Shown: piece after piece, positions 24,901 to 36,900 of the stretch | How the letters are laid out: each line of letters starts with the position of its first letter | Position numbering within the stretch: position 1 is the stretch's first letter | From: Raillietiella orientalis | Lineage: Eukaryota | Direction: 5' to 3' | Assembly: GCA_036172245.1 (NCBI GenBank) | Contig: JAYWIR010000054.1 | Coordinates: 248,001-312,000 of the forward strand | DNA: 64,000 bases | Notes under the pieces: generated by a model | Databases searched by the model: none | Seen by the model: only the letters and a program-made list of their open reading frames with translations | Told to the model about the DNA's origin: nothing | Made by a program: the position numbers and the translations under genes

Positions 24901-27900
24901 AAGCCCTGCCTCGGAGAACACGTTCCTTTCGCGCGGAAATTACTGTTGGGTGTGTTCTTTCCGAGGCAGTTAGGTATGCCCACTCAGAAAGAATGTTTGG
25001 GAAACGGGGCTACCAGTGTTGATTGCCACAGCGTTTTTCCCCTTACGTCTTCGCGTGAGGAATTCGCGCAAGGACGGAGCACGCACAAGGTGCGACGCGC
25101 CGCCGACGTCCCGGCGCTCCGCACGGCGGGAAGAGAAAGAGGAGCGCATCATCCCGCAGGTGGAGGTTCTCTCCGTCCGCGTGAAGAAAGGCGGCGAGGC
25201 GAGTCGGATACGCCCTGCCGCTGGGCTTCCGAAAGAGTTGCCCAGCTGATCCTTCGTCAACCGCTGTTCTCCTGCCCCTGACCACAGAGACTTGGTCTCG
25301 CAGACCATGGGCGATTCGGAAAGGATGGCGGACGCGGGAAACTGACGTTCAGCGTCCTCGCCCCATCCGCCTCCACAAGAGAATGAAGGGAAAACCGCGC
25401 TTCCGACTCAGCGAGCGGTCCTGAAGTGCAGCACCGGCGCGTGGGACGAAACATTGTGTCACAAACGAGCGCTGCCATGCAGGGCGCATAGGTGGCGTGT
25501 GGTGGATAGGAGAGCAAAAGAATCCAGCTTTCTTGTACACCGGAGTACTGTTTCCCCCCCCCCCCCCTTTGACCTTTCCCCAACAAAGATGCCTGCACGG
25601 TGCCTAAATGGGAACAACGAACCCAGGCAAGCCTGGTCAAGCAAACAAAGGACCGGACGGCTCTCTCTCGCTGGACGTGGCAGTGGATTCCGGCAGCTCC
25701 CATTAGGTCGCGGAGCAGACGGGCCCACTGTTCCCGGAAACTGGAACTCAAGTGCTGCCCGGAAGATGACTTGATGCTTTGCAGGAAGGAGCAGAGCCCA
25801 TTGTCAGCGTCGGCTCATCTCGGCGGGGCTTACCGCCTCCCCGTGAACGCAGGTCGTCGAACAGACTTTTTTTTAAATCCTGCGCAACCCGGTCAGATTG
25901 GATCCCAGCCCCAGCTGCTATTCGCAGCGCGATCCTCGAACCATCTCTGTTTCAGAATCGGAGATGCTGAACCGGTGCAACAGGGATGAACGCATGCGGG
26001 AATTTCGCGCAAGGGGTCATCACTTCGAAGATCCAGGTCATTGGCCTCATGGCGGAATTAGCTCGCGAGGTATTCTCCGTGGGGAAGGCAGAGATCGGCT
26101 TCCCTGTAGTCGTCTATATTCGTCCTCAACTTGCCTGCAGCGTTTCTCTTACAGTCTTACAGCCGGTTGTGTTCGGGTAGATCCGCTCGAGCTTTTGGAA
26201 ACGCGCACGAATTTAATGGCGCTTTCCCTAAGGAATCCATTTATGGCTCCATAAGTGTGAAAACTGAATTTCCTCATGTCGAAGCCGCATTGGTTGACCT
26301 CTGCAGCCAACGTGATGGTCTGGCACGCACCGTTCGCTGCTTTGTACGAGAGCTCCCGAGTCGATCCCACATTTTCCAGCAGCTGTTAGGCCCACCGGGA
26401 CCCGAGGTCTCCCGGGGCTTGTGTGCAAGACTTCCGGTTCCTGCCACCCTGTTCTTTCTTTCCGCCTGGGAGAACTCTGCTTTTTCCAAGATGCTCCAGC
26501 GGCGTCTTCGAAGGGGCAGATCGGTCCCGTCTTTGGGACTCGACAGTTCCGACAGTCAGTCCGGACAAGAGCACTGCGTTTTGAGCCTCGCATTTCGGGA
26601 CACTTTGGGTCAAGAAAAAAAAATGACAATTTTTTTTTTTTTTGGCGATTCACGCATCCGAGAACCCCTAGTGCTATCCCAAGTAGCCATTGCCCATGAC
26701 CGAGCAAACACTTCTTGGAGGATGCATCTGAGCACCGACTTCAAGCTTGCTCTGGGATGGCTTTTTTCGAATGTTGTCGAGAGTGATTGAGAATCGAGGT
26801 TGATTGCATCGGTGGCTGGATCCACACAGGGATGAGGGTTTCGTGTTTGTGTGTGTGTGTGTTCCAGATCGATCGGAAACGCAAGCATAGAGAAGGAAGG
26901 AGGTGGGGGATGAAAGAGCATGACTTTTCTCATCTGTTCGGGATCGACACGGGAAAGAGAAGCACCGGTAAAGAGGCTGGCGATGCCAGATCCAGTACAA
27001 AGGTTGCGACTGGTCAAGACTTTCTCTTTTTTTCCTGCTACCGTCTCCCTTGCCTCGGAAGGGACCAAAAGCCGATTTTGACTTTGCGCAGGAGAGAGGA
27101 CGTCGAAGGAGGACTTACGGATATCAAACAACGGCCCGAAGACAGTCGAATCGTTGACAGTGGAGCAGTTCCAGCGACGGTAGCGAAACTGCCACTGGCA
27201 TTCTTCGATCCCGGCTTTCGCACCCCTTCCGATGTGCCCCATGTGATCTTGGTACAGCTGGCACAGCTTCATCTGGCCCGGAGTCAAGCCAGGAACTTTA
27301 TAGCACAGAGGCTGGCTTCCGACTTCGAATTCTTCCACGTTTTGCCACAGGTGGTAGCCCTGCTTCCCGAGATTTCTGGGGATAGAGACAGTGATGATAA
27401 GCTTCACATCGCTTTACAGTACAGTGTACATTTGGTTAAGTTGCCAAAGAGAAAAGGAAAGCGGAGGTGTGAGAGAGCTTGCGGTCACTCGGAGCCGCTC
27501 GGAGGAACGGCCTTTCTGGAGAAGCAGATCAGACTCTCTTAGCTTTTGGTGCAGAGTCCGTCGTTTCCAGCTCGGTGGCGGGTTCTGACGCCTCGCACAG
27601 ATCCCCATTGGGCGCTCACGTGTACGTCGGGAATTGGAGCGACGTAACTGTACACTGAGCAGGCACACTCTGTTCGCAGCCGGAAATTCCCTACTGCCTG
27701 GGGCGGAGGAGAGTCTGCCCCTCTCCGTTGCTGCGGAGATCCGCCGAGAGGCGACCGTCGGGTTTGCTACCTGGATGCCATCCCGAATCATCTCCGGGAA
27801 GCGCAACGGATACGCGCGAACCTTCCTCCCGTGTTCAACCCCCTCCCTTCCTCCAGTGGAACAGCGCGATCGTACAGCCACAACATTTCCCTTTCACCCC

Positions 27901-30900
27901 GCCAATGAGACTCGGCGGGGACAAAGCAGACGAAACTGGATACCAGGCAACAAAGCGTTAATTAATTTGTCTCCCGTTGACACGCACCGTGCTTTGTATG
28001 GCGAGGTAGTTTATGGCGCGGCGTCCTCGCGAAAGAAGACAACACACGTCTCTCTGCTGATAGGGTGCCTCCAGCGCCCACCGGCAGGGGCAGCGGACTG
28101 CTCGAAAACTCGGCGGCTGCAAAAATATGCCCCCCCCCTCCCTTCCCCCCTTCCCTGCGTGCGCGTCGCCCGGCACCGCATTTCCCGAAGGAGGAGGAAA
28201 AAATTGACGAGGCGCTACGCGCGATCAATCAGCAGATGAGACCTGGCGAGACCGGACGCCATGAAGTCAGCACCGCCCTCGCCGGACTCCTGAGAGCAGG
28301 AGCATCTTCCGGCGGCGTTCCCTCCTTTTCTTTCGCTCCCGCTTCGGTCGGCTGCTCTCCCTGGGGGGAGCGTGCAGGAGCGGCGTCGACCACGGGGAGT
28401 TTCCCGCGGGAGGCACTCGCGATTTGGAACACCGCGAGGGAGTGTGTCAGGGTAGAGCGAACCCTCGGGGATTCTCTCGGGCGCCATTCCTGTTTCTTCC
28501 TTCCGACGTTGCCGCCATGCTGCGGCTGACTTCGAGCTGGATGTCCGGCTGTCCGACCAGAGATGCCGGACGTCGGCAACCCGCGAGTGGACACCGCAAA
28601 AGTTCGCTGCGAGTAACGTCGAGGCCCGGCCGGAAGGACAGGACGCGGAAGATGACGAGAATTCTGCACCATCCCCCGGACGAAATGGAGGGGAAGAAGA
28701 GGCAAGGAAGCTCCAGCGTTTCAGACGCTAGTCAGCGGAATAGCCACGGTGGCGGCCAACCTGTGCAGCCGCCTTGGCCCCCCTGCCTGCTGCTGGGAGC
28801 GAGTGGGCGCATCCGCGTGCTCTTCGAATGGAGGGCGCCACCCGGGGAGGAGGTGCGGATGCGCCCGGTGAGGAGTCGTTTCCTCGGTGACAGTTCTTCG
28901 GTTTGACCACGCAGGAAGGAGGACTGGTTCACCCCCTCCACGCCCTCTGACGGGGGACGCTGGCGGCTCGCCCTGAAGAACCTGACGCGCGCCGCCGGTG
29001 CGTACGCAGAGGTCGCAAGCGTGGCATGCAATCCGCATGACACGCTTGCGATGCGGCGTGGCAGACCCGAGCGTCGCCCGCAGCGCTGCCGTTCTGGCTG
29101 TGTGGCTGCCGCCGAAAGGCCCGTCGGATGGGGCGATCGCCGCGCGCCAAGCGGGCTCCTCAAGAAGGAGAGACGGCGAAGGTGCGCGCGCGCGCTTCCT
29201 GGACGACTGCGTTCGGGGCGCCGGGGGGGGGGGGGCACGCTCAGCTTTTCTCCCTCCCGAAACCTCCGGCAGCGGCGCTGCCGGGTCGCGCGGCAGCCGC
29301 GAGAGAGCGCCGGAGGGGTGCGTTTCGGTGCGTCGGATCGAACGAGGGTCAGCTCACCGTCTCGAAGTGGTGCGTCCCGGACGCCGTTCCTTAATAGGAT
29401 CGAACGACCTTCGATGCGAGGCTGCGCGCGACAATCAGCGCATTCAACAATCAGACTAAAAATAACTTCAGGCCTAATTTCGACAATTAGGCTTTCTAAA
29501 AATAGATGGTTTGGTGGAATCGCGAGCCTAAGAGGAAGAGAATTTACCGACACCGCTGCTGTAAGCCGTACTCTCCTTCGTCTTTTTGTTTGCCTTTGTT
29601 TTTTCTTCTTTTTTCTTTTTTGACCGCGTGTGAATGTGTGAGTGTTTTCCCCTCCCCTCCGAAGACGGACGTGGACGCCTGTTGCGCTGAGGCGTGCCGT
29701 CCGCGCCGGCGCCAAACAACTCTCGCCCGCAAGGCAGCAGCACCGCCGCAAGCCGCCGTCGCGCGGGAAGCGCCCATGAGAATCTCGGAACTCGGAACGC
29801 ATGCGCTGCCGCCACCTCTTGCCGTCGCCTCTTCCGCCCTCACAGGCGGTTTTTTCCGTGCCTCCCCTTCCCCCTATCACACGCAGGCAGGGGAGGGAAG
29901 TTCAAGTCAGGAGACGGACGGGAAGAGGGGGGGGGGGGGGGAGGAAGAGGCCTCCAGGGCGACTGCTTGACCCCGTCCAGCAAAGAACTCAAGGCGAGTT
30001 GCTCCCGAGGCGGCAGGGAGCTGCCTTCTTGCGGCGGCCATCCCTGTCATCCGTCCGCCCGCTTCAGCAAGGAGGGCCGTGGCCTGTTGCCCCTCGGAAG
30101 GACGGCTGACCCGAAGGAGGAGGCCTTCGCGTCCTGCGGGCAACGGGATTCCTCGCTGACGTAAACAAGCGCACGGCAGAAATCCAGACCAACCCGCCGG
30201 CGTACGCGCGCACTCCCGGAATCTGCGGTCCTCACCCTGTCCGCGGATGCTGCGATCAACTGCAAGACTTTTACCAAGGGTCATAAAATACATATATATA
30301 GAGAGAGAGGGCTGACTTAGGATGGCGCGCGGTGTTTTATGGCCCTTGGGGCCGAGCAGAGAGAGCGTTTATGACCACCGCCACCTCCTGGCCGAGGCTC
30401 CTCCCTCCTTCCCCGCCGTATCTTCCCGAGCCGCGCCCGCGCTCCCAGACAAGGCCTCCGGCCCTCGGAACTTCGAAGGGCGACTACAGGCCCACGGGGG
30501 AGCCGGCGCGAAAGGCGGAGTGGAACGGAGAGCGGATGGGGGACGGCTGGAAATCTCCGGGGTGGACCCTGTAGGTATCGGCGCTCCAGAAGACACGAAC
30601 GCGCTGGGCGATACCCCTCCACGCGCACCTCGCGCGTCGCGCCGACCTCCTGCGGAGGGGGGGAGGACAGGCAGCTCCTCGTTGGCCCTTGCTCCCCACC
30701 TGAGGAGCGAACGAGGAGAAAATGCGCTCGCCCCGGTGGGGGCGGAAAATGCGGAACAAAGCCAGGAATCCGTCTGTCGGTCCTTACCCGCTCGGTGGAT
30801 AGCCTGGAGCCGTCCCAAACGGGCGCGCCGTGCGCCTTCATCCGGAGACATCTGCCCGGTAACCTTCCCGAGAATGCTGAGAGATGGCAGCACCTTCGAT

Positions 30901-33900
30901 CGCGCGAACGGAGGCGCCGAAACGGCTGCCTGTCCCGCTCTCGGCAAAGGGGTGTGCACCACTGGCGTTCTGCGCGACCGGGAGCATTTCCTGCCTCTTA
31001 CGCGAAACTGCCCTTTCCTGGAGGCGCGACCAGAGGACCCCTAAAGTCCTGAAGGACATGCAGAAGCGACGATTGGGAGGGCGGCGCTCTTGCTGTGACG
31101 GCGTCCGAGAGGCACCGTCCCCCCGGCAGCTCTTGGAGGAAGGTGGAAGTTTGGGGCGACCGAAAGCTCTGGGCTCTTCCCGGACCGTGGACACCTTCAC
31201 ATCCCGATGGGAAGACCATGAGAAATCTGGACGAGGGAAGCGACGCATCCCCCCGATCGTGCCGCGAACGCAAGCGGTGGCGGCCCCGACGAACTCCGGG
31301 CTGACCCCACCCTTGCTCTGCTCCCGAGGAAGGTCCCCTTTTGATGTCAGTCTGCTTTTCGACCGGCCGGCAGGGGTGAATTTGGCGCCACGCTCGACCG
31401 CCTCCTCCGAACGGAGGAAATACCCGCACAAGCGGTGCGCTCTCGGAGTGTCGCCGCAATGCGCGCGCCTCGTCATCGCAAAAGGCGACGGCGGCTGAAG
31501 ATGCGGGCAGTCAGCGATGCCATTCCCCCGAGCTGACTGCTGCCCGCTCACCAGCGACGTAACCTGGGAGGGCAAATCGCTCCCGGAGTTTCCTCTTGCA
31601 AGTGGTGCGGCGGGATCCCTGCTCCAAGCGGGAAGCCGGGAGCACGTGACCCCTGCACGTCGGAGAATTACCTACTGGAAACCTGGACCGATCCCGCCGT
31701 CGCCTGGAAACGGGTTCCGCTCTGCGACAGACGAACCCTCCAGCGTGTCTCTTCGCCTGGGCTGTGGTCGCCCTGGCCGCCAATCGCTTCCCGCCTTCGG
31801 CGCACAACTCGCGAACGAAGGCCGCAGTAACAGACGGGGGAATACGTGGTCCCGGATGACCACTTCGAAGAGCTCCCTGGCGCCTCTCGCGGAGGCGATG
31901 CGCGGCACCGCCACGGATTCCGGCAGCAAAAGAGCTCCCCTTCACCCGAAGGAGCCGGAATTTCCTCACTACTGATGCTGCTGTTCGCTCAGAATCGCTG
32001 TAAGCCGTGCCGGTCGGGTCCGAAGAACCGAATTTCGATCTTCCGCGGTCCCGTCCGCCCGCCGCGCCACCCGCACCCAACGTCCGCTCCCGCCCTCCTG
32101 CGATCCGAGCCAAGCGCGATCCGGAAAGTGCCTAAGCTCTGTCCCCATTGAATTTCCGATGATGGGACGAAGGCAGACAAGCAGCAGCTGCTCCTCGAGA
32201 CAGAGGGGGTCGGTTATCCGCGCCGCTCCCGGTGCGGCGGGTAGGAATTGCAACACGAAGGGGGCAAGGGAGAAGAAATGCGGGTCGCGCTGCTGCTCCC
32301 TCACGATGCGACGGACTGCTAGGTTTCCAACCACCTCTGGACGCATTTTCTCGGAGGAGGCGGAACGCAACCGAACTCCGACGAGAAGAACGGATGCTCG
32401 TGACCTTCGCTTCGCCGGCGAGTCAGCAGCCCCTCTCGCTGGCCACTCGGCTGAGATGCTGATCCCGCCAGACGCGCGCGGAACGCCTCGCAGGTGTCCT
32501 CGCTTGCACAGGAGACCCGTCGCAATCTTTCGGGCGCCTGCTCCAGGGAGCGACTTGCGCGATGCCCACGTGCTGGGGGAAGTCCCCAGGAGGAAGGCGC
32601 CCGTGTGCCTCCAGCACTTGAGAGGGGCACCACGAAGCAAACCCTCTCTCTCCCCTGGTGGCCTACGAAGGGAACCCGGAAGGACCTCTCCTGGATTTCC
32701 TCTCCGGAAGGGAGCAGAGCGCTTCTTACGCTCTGGAGGTTCTTTCGGATCTTTCGGACGCATGAAAGGGATACCAAACAGCTCCATAGAACGCGTCGGA
32801 GGGGGTCCTTCCCCCCTTCCCCTTCCCCGGGGTTGGGACGGCTCTACTTTTCCCGATGGAACCGACTCCTTGATTCCTGCTAATGGAGGTCTTCAACACC
32901 TTGTTGAAGCCAAGGAAGATGCTATCCTCGTGGAAGTGCACGAGGACAGTTGCGAATACCCTCTCGGCATCGTCCACAGACGTGGCAGGCTGTCGGCTAG
33001 TATCCGTTGGCAACGCCAGCTACAGAATATATACCCCAAATGCTTGTCAGCACGACTACGGGATTGGATCGCAGAAAACGACGTCATCTATCCCCAACAG
33101 AAGGGGGTTTCTCCCATTTGGTGGCGTCCTGGATCACCACTCCGTGCTGCTAACAAGACCAGACCAAGCAAGGCGTTTATCAAACGACTATTTTTAAGCC
33201 GCCTTTCCTGGGAGGACCCCAGAGGGTCAACTTCCGACCGGGCGAGGGAAGCATCCGTCTTCCGCCAGTGCCGCCGCACCCGTAGCCTACAGGCCAACCA
33301 GCGTCATCCTGCGGGGGAGACTCGCAACCCACGACGCGCGCATTTCGCAGCATCGACACTTTCCCCCGGGGTGGGATTCGAACCCGCAAAGCTCGGCACC
33401 ACGCTCGGAGACCGCAGCCCACACTCCCGCGTTGGAGGCTCTGGCCACGGTCACCGCAGCCTCATAAATGACCGCTAGTTCAGTTGTTTTCATTTTTGGT
33501 CATCCCGCTGGCATTTCGTTCCCCACAACATCACCTGCCGCGTATTCAACACGAACTAACATTTGTGCCTTTGGGAAAGCAATCCATCCAACCACGGAGA
33601 GAGTTTTGAAGGTGCTTCCATCTCCCGAGCAAGTGGAGAACAAACCCTCCTCCGTTTCCATCGATATGCGGTCTCTCGACTCCCGATGAAGACCCACCTA
33701 CATGAAATCGGGTTTCCGAGCTCAAGTCTCTTTGACCTTTGGTTTGTGGCTTCTCCAGGCAAGAATCACTCTTACAACAAGAGACAGTGGACGATTCGAA
33801 CGAACACAACAGAGAAGGGTGAATTTCTAAGCGTGAATTTCCAACTGAAATCTCACTTCTACTTTCTGATAGCAAACCTTTGCAGAGGGGGGCCAGTCCT

Positions 33901-36900
33901 GCCTCTCTCCTCCACCCTCCCTGCTGCTCAGCCACGCGCACCACGGACCCCCTTTCAGGCCGGACTCTGCAGCAAAGGAAAACACACACACAAAAAACAT
34001 CCATTCTCAGTTGCTATGTTACGCCACGTACGTGCATTTTAAAGACTTGTTTCGAACGTTTGTGTTCAGTTTAAGCACGAAAGGCGAGCTCGAGATGGCT
34101 GTGCGTTTTGCTTATTTCGCTCGAGTTTTTGACATTGCTGCTGCCGTTCAATTGGAGCCCCGTTTGCTTCGGGAACTTCGTGCTGGTCCTGTTGACCTGG
34201 CACCCTTTTCCATGCAGCATTCCCAAGTTATGCAAAACTGAACTCGAGCTCGAAGGAGCTACGTATTGAACCTGGGACGTGTTCAACTCGAAGGGAGTAG
34301 AAGTCTTTTCCAGGAAAGGGAAGGGAAAATCCACACGTGATCTGTAATCGCAGCCACCGTGGGACGACGTGCCGCAGTGGACAATGAACCCTCCCTCATT
34401 TCCCAGGATCAGTCGTTGAACGAAGGAACCTTTCCTGTGCTCAAATACAGAAAGAGAAAGAGGAGATTCGTCGCACCCGAACGCAACCAGGAAGGGGTGG
34501 GGGGGTGGGGGAGAATAGAATGAACAGGACAACGCGAGCACCGATCCTCCGCAACACACATACCTCAGAGCGGATCACCGGCAACGCCCGCCCCGCTTCC
34601 TCACGCCTATTTCGGTGGTTTTTTCAGAAAGCGCAAATTAAAATCCTATAAAAAGGGAAACCTTTCGATGACCACGCGTGTTCCTGACCGCCGCCCCGCG
34701 CACACATTTGATCCGGCCCGCCACTGCGCATGCGCCCGTTCGCTACGCGCCTGCTTTGTTATTCCTCCTCGGGAAATCGCTGCCAGCATCCCTTGCATGA
34801 CTCAGTCGATTTCTTAATTTAATTTCGAATTAACGGTCTGTGCATTCTTTCGCTGAGAAAAGGAGAGGGAGGGAGGAGGGAGAGAGAGAAATTAATATCC
34901 CCTGGAAACGGTTGTATTCGGACATGCACGGTAAACGTAACTTTATTTTATGGTAATTTGAGAACAGAGGGAATCAGTGCTAATCATACGGGTAACAAGG
35001 GATCCTTTGATGCTCTTTCTCTCGAGATTATTAATTTCATCTCGTTTGGAGGTACGTTTCTTCATCTTCTTCACCGCGCCTTAACGGTTCATTTTTCCAT
35101 CATCTCCTTTTACATTTCCTCGAGGAGCTGTCCGATTTCTTCAAGGAAATCTTGCACGCAGCAACGGATTGTCTTTTCACAAAGAGGATCGCGAAGATTA
35201 ATGCGGTAGCCATTCTCGAAGATCGTGCCAAAAATATCACGCGGGAGGCAAGCCATTGCCGATGAGTTTCAGATCTTCCTCTCGGCGAAAACTTTCAGAT
35301 TCCGGATTTGCCCTTTTAGCGAGAAGAAATGTGTCAAGCAGGTAGAAAACGAAACACCCGGTTCTCTGAAGGAAGCAATCAATAGCGAAATGACATCCTC
35401 AGCGGGAAATCGCGGGCACGTGCTCGGTATCTGGCTGGCAACGCACAGGATCGCAGGACAGTAACTTGACCCCAGGGCTCTCTTCGGAAATCGTCGTGTA
35501 TCTGAGGCAACGAAACCATGGCGACCCATCAGCCAAAGAGGAAGAAACGTCAACCTTCACGTTACTACGGCTTGGAGAATTCTGCATTTGGTTTCCCCCC
35601 TCGTCGTTTGTCCAGCGAAAGGTTGCATTGGCGGTTTCGAAGGTGTTCACAGACAATCTGTGCGAAATTGGAGGCTATGCAGACTCGAAGAGCGCCAAAA
35701 ATTCAGGGCTTCCGACCAGAGAGTGAATTCTGCCAGGCGTAGGAATCTTCCAGGAGGCACTGCCCTCCGAGGGAAGCGAATTCCCAAGTGTACCCTCAAT
35801 CCAGCTCGTAATGGAGCCGCTTAAATCCACGGGACTGGTCCTGCCGCTCTTCTGCTGCTCAGCCACTCGCGCCACAGAGTGCCTTTCAAGACGGACCCTC
35901 GTTGGCACCCCTTCGTTCCCAAGGTCTCTCGGGTGCTTCCGCCGCGTCAGCGAGGGATTCCCCTACGTCTCAGCCCCGGCTTTCCTTTGGTGGACCGCGG
36001 AGGACGCGAAGGGTAAAGTCGACCCGACGCAGGGCACCGTCGTGGTTCTTTGGGGGAGCGGCGAATCGGGAATGTGCCTGAGTGGCTCGTGCAAAGACGA
36101 GTCGCGACGTTGCAGTGGACACTCGTCTTGCCGTTGTCGACTCTGTCACCAACATTACCAATGCTGGCCACTACCACCACCCTTGTTATTGGTATACTGC
36201 TATTAGGATTCCGATATTCCTACTGCATAGATGATACTTTATTCTGATCTCATCAGTTATTACTATGATTACTCTATCACTACTATTATGATTTTACTTT
36301 GCTGCTATAATCAATCTACTACTACAAGTATGTATTAGAACATTGCTGTTATCCGTTTATGTTGCCCTACTGCTATCAAGGGAAAACCATTACTATTCTA
36401 GTAGTACTTCTGGACTTGTTATGATGTAGTTACCATTCCATTATGATGCTCTTATAACGGTGTGAGCAGCTTGAGACCGGTCTGACTCGAGCCGCGCCAC
36501 GTTTCTCTGCGCTTCTCCATATCCGACTTGAGGAGGGGTGCCGGCGTGAAGCCTCTCAGCGCGTATTTTGACGCTGCATTGTTGGCCGCCGTGCTGATCG
36601 CGCACGCTGACGTCACGCCGCAGGTGAGGAGGGCCGGCGTGAAGCCTCTCAGAGCGTATTTTGACGCTGCATTGTTGGCCGCCGTGCTGATCGCGCACGC
36701 TGACGTCACGCCGCCGAGCTGGACTCGAGCCGGGACGGTTTCAAGTCGCTCTCCCAACAATGTCAATATTACTGCCCTATTGTTATCATTATCGTTACTA
36801 TTCTATTACTGCCATTGCCTCTGCCATTACTGTCACCATAACCAACTATTAATAGTATTTTTTTTTACTATGCTTGCCACTGTGGCCTTCGTTATCACCA

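Noticed and set aside
27376..27407. ORF-track start [11 protein letters not shown] as the Wnt5 N-terminus
   Set aside because: It lies in the acceptor's pyrimidine tract; a better signal-peptide exon with a consensus donor exists at 49974-50056
28732..29880. 382-aa minus-strand ORF (similarly 36955..38025, 10051..10986, 47154..48089)
   Set aside because: No domain motifs, composition typical of non-coding GC-rich DNA, and overlapping ORFs in several frames
33361..33460. tRNA gene (also at about 62610-62710)
   Set aside because: Box B is present but I could not fold a cloverleaf, and it is attached to a repeated body, so it is better explained as a SINE head
32159..33478. Longest ORF (439 aa) as a gene
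   Set aside because: Mostly Arg/Pro/Gly-rich chance translation; only about 30 aa are RT-like, and its end runs antisense through a SINE
36540..36715. CRISPR-like array (also 40620-40830 and 59047-59117)
   Set aside because: Plain tandem duplications without unique spacers, eukaryotic context and no cas genes
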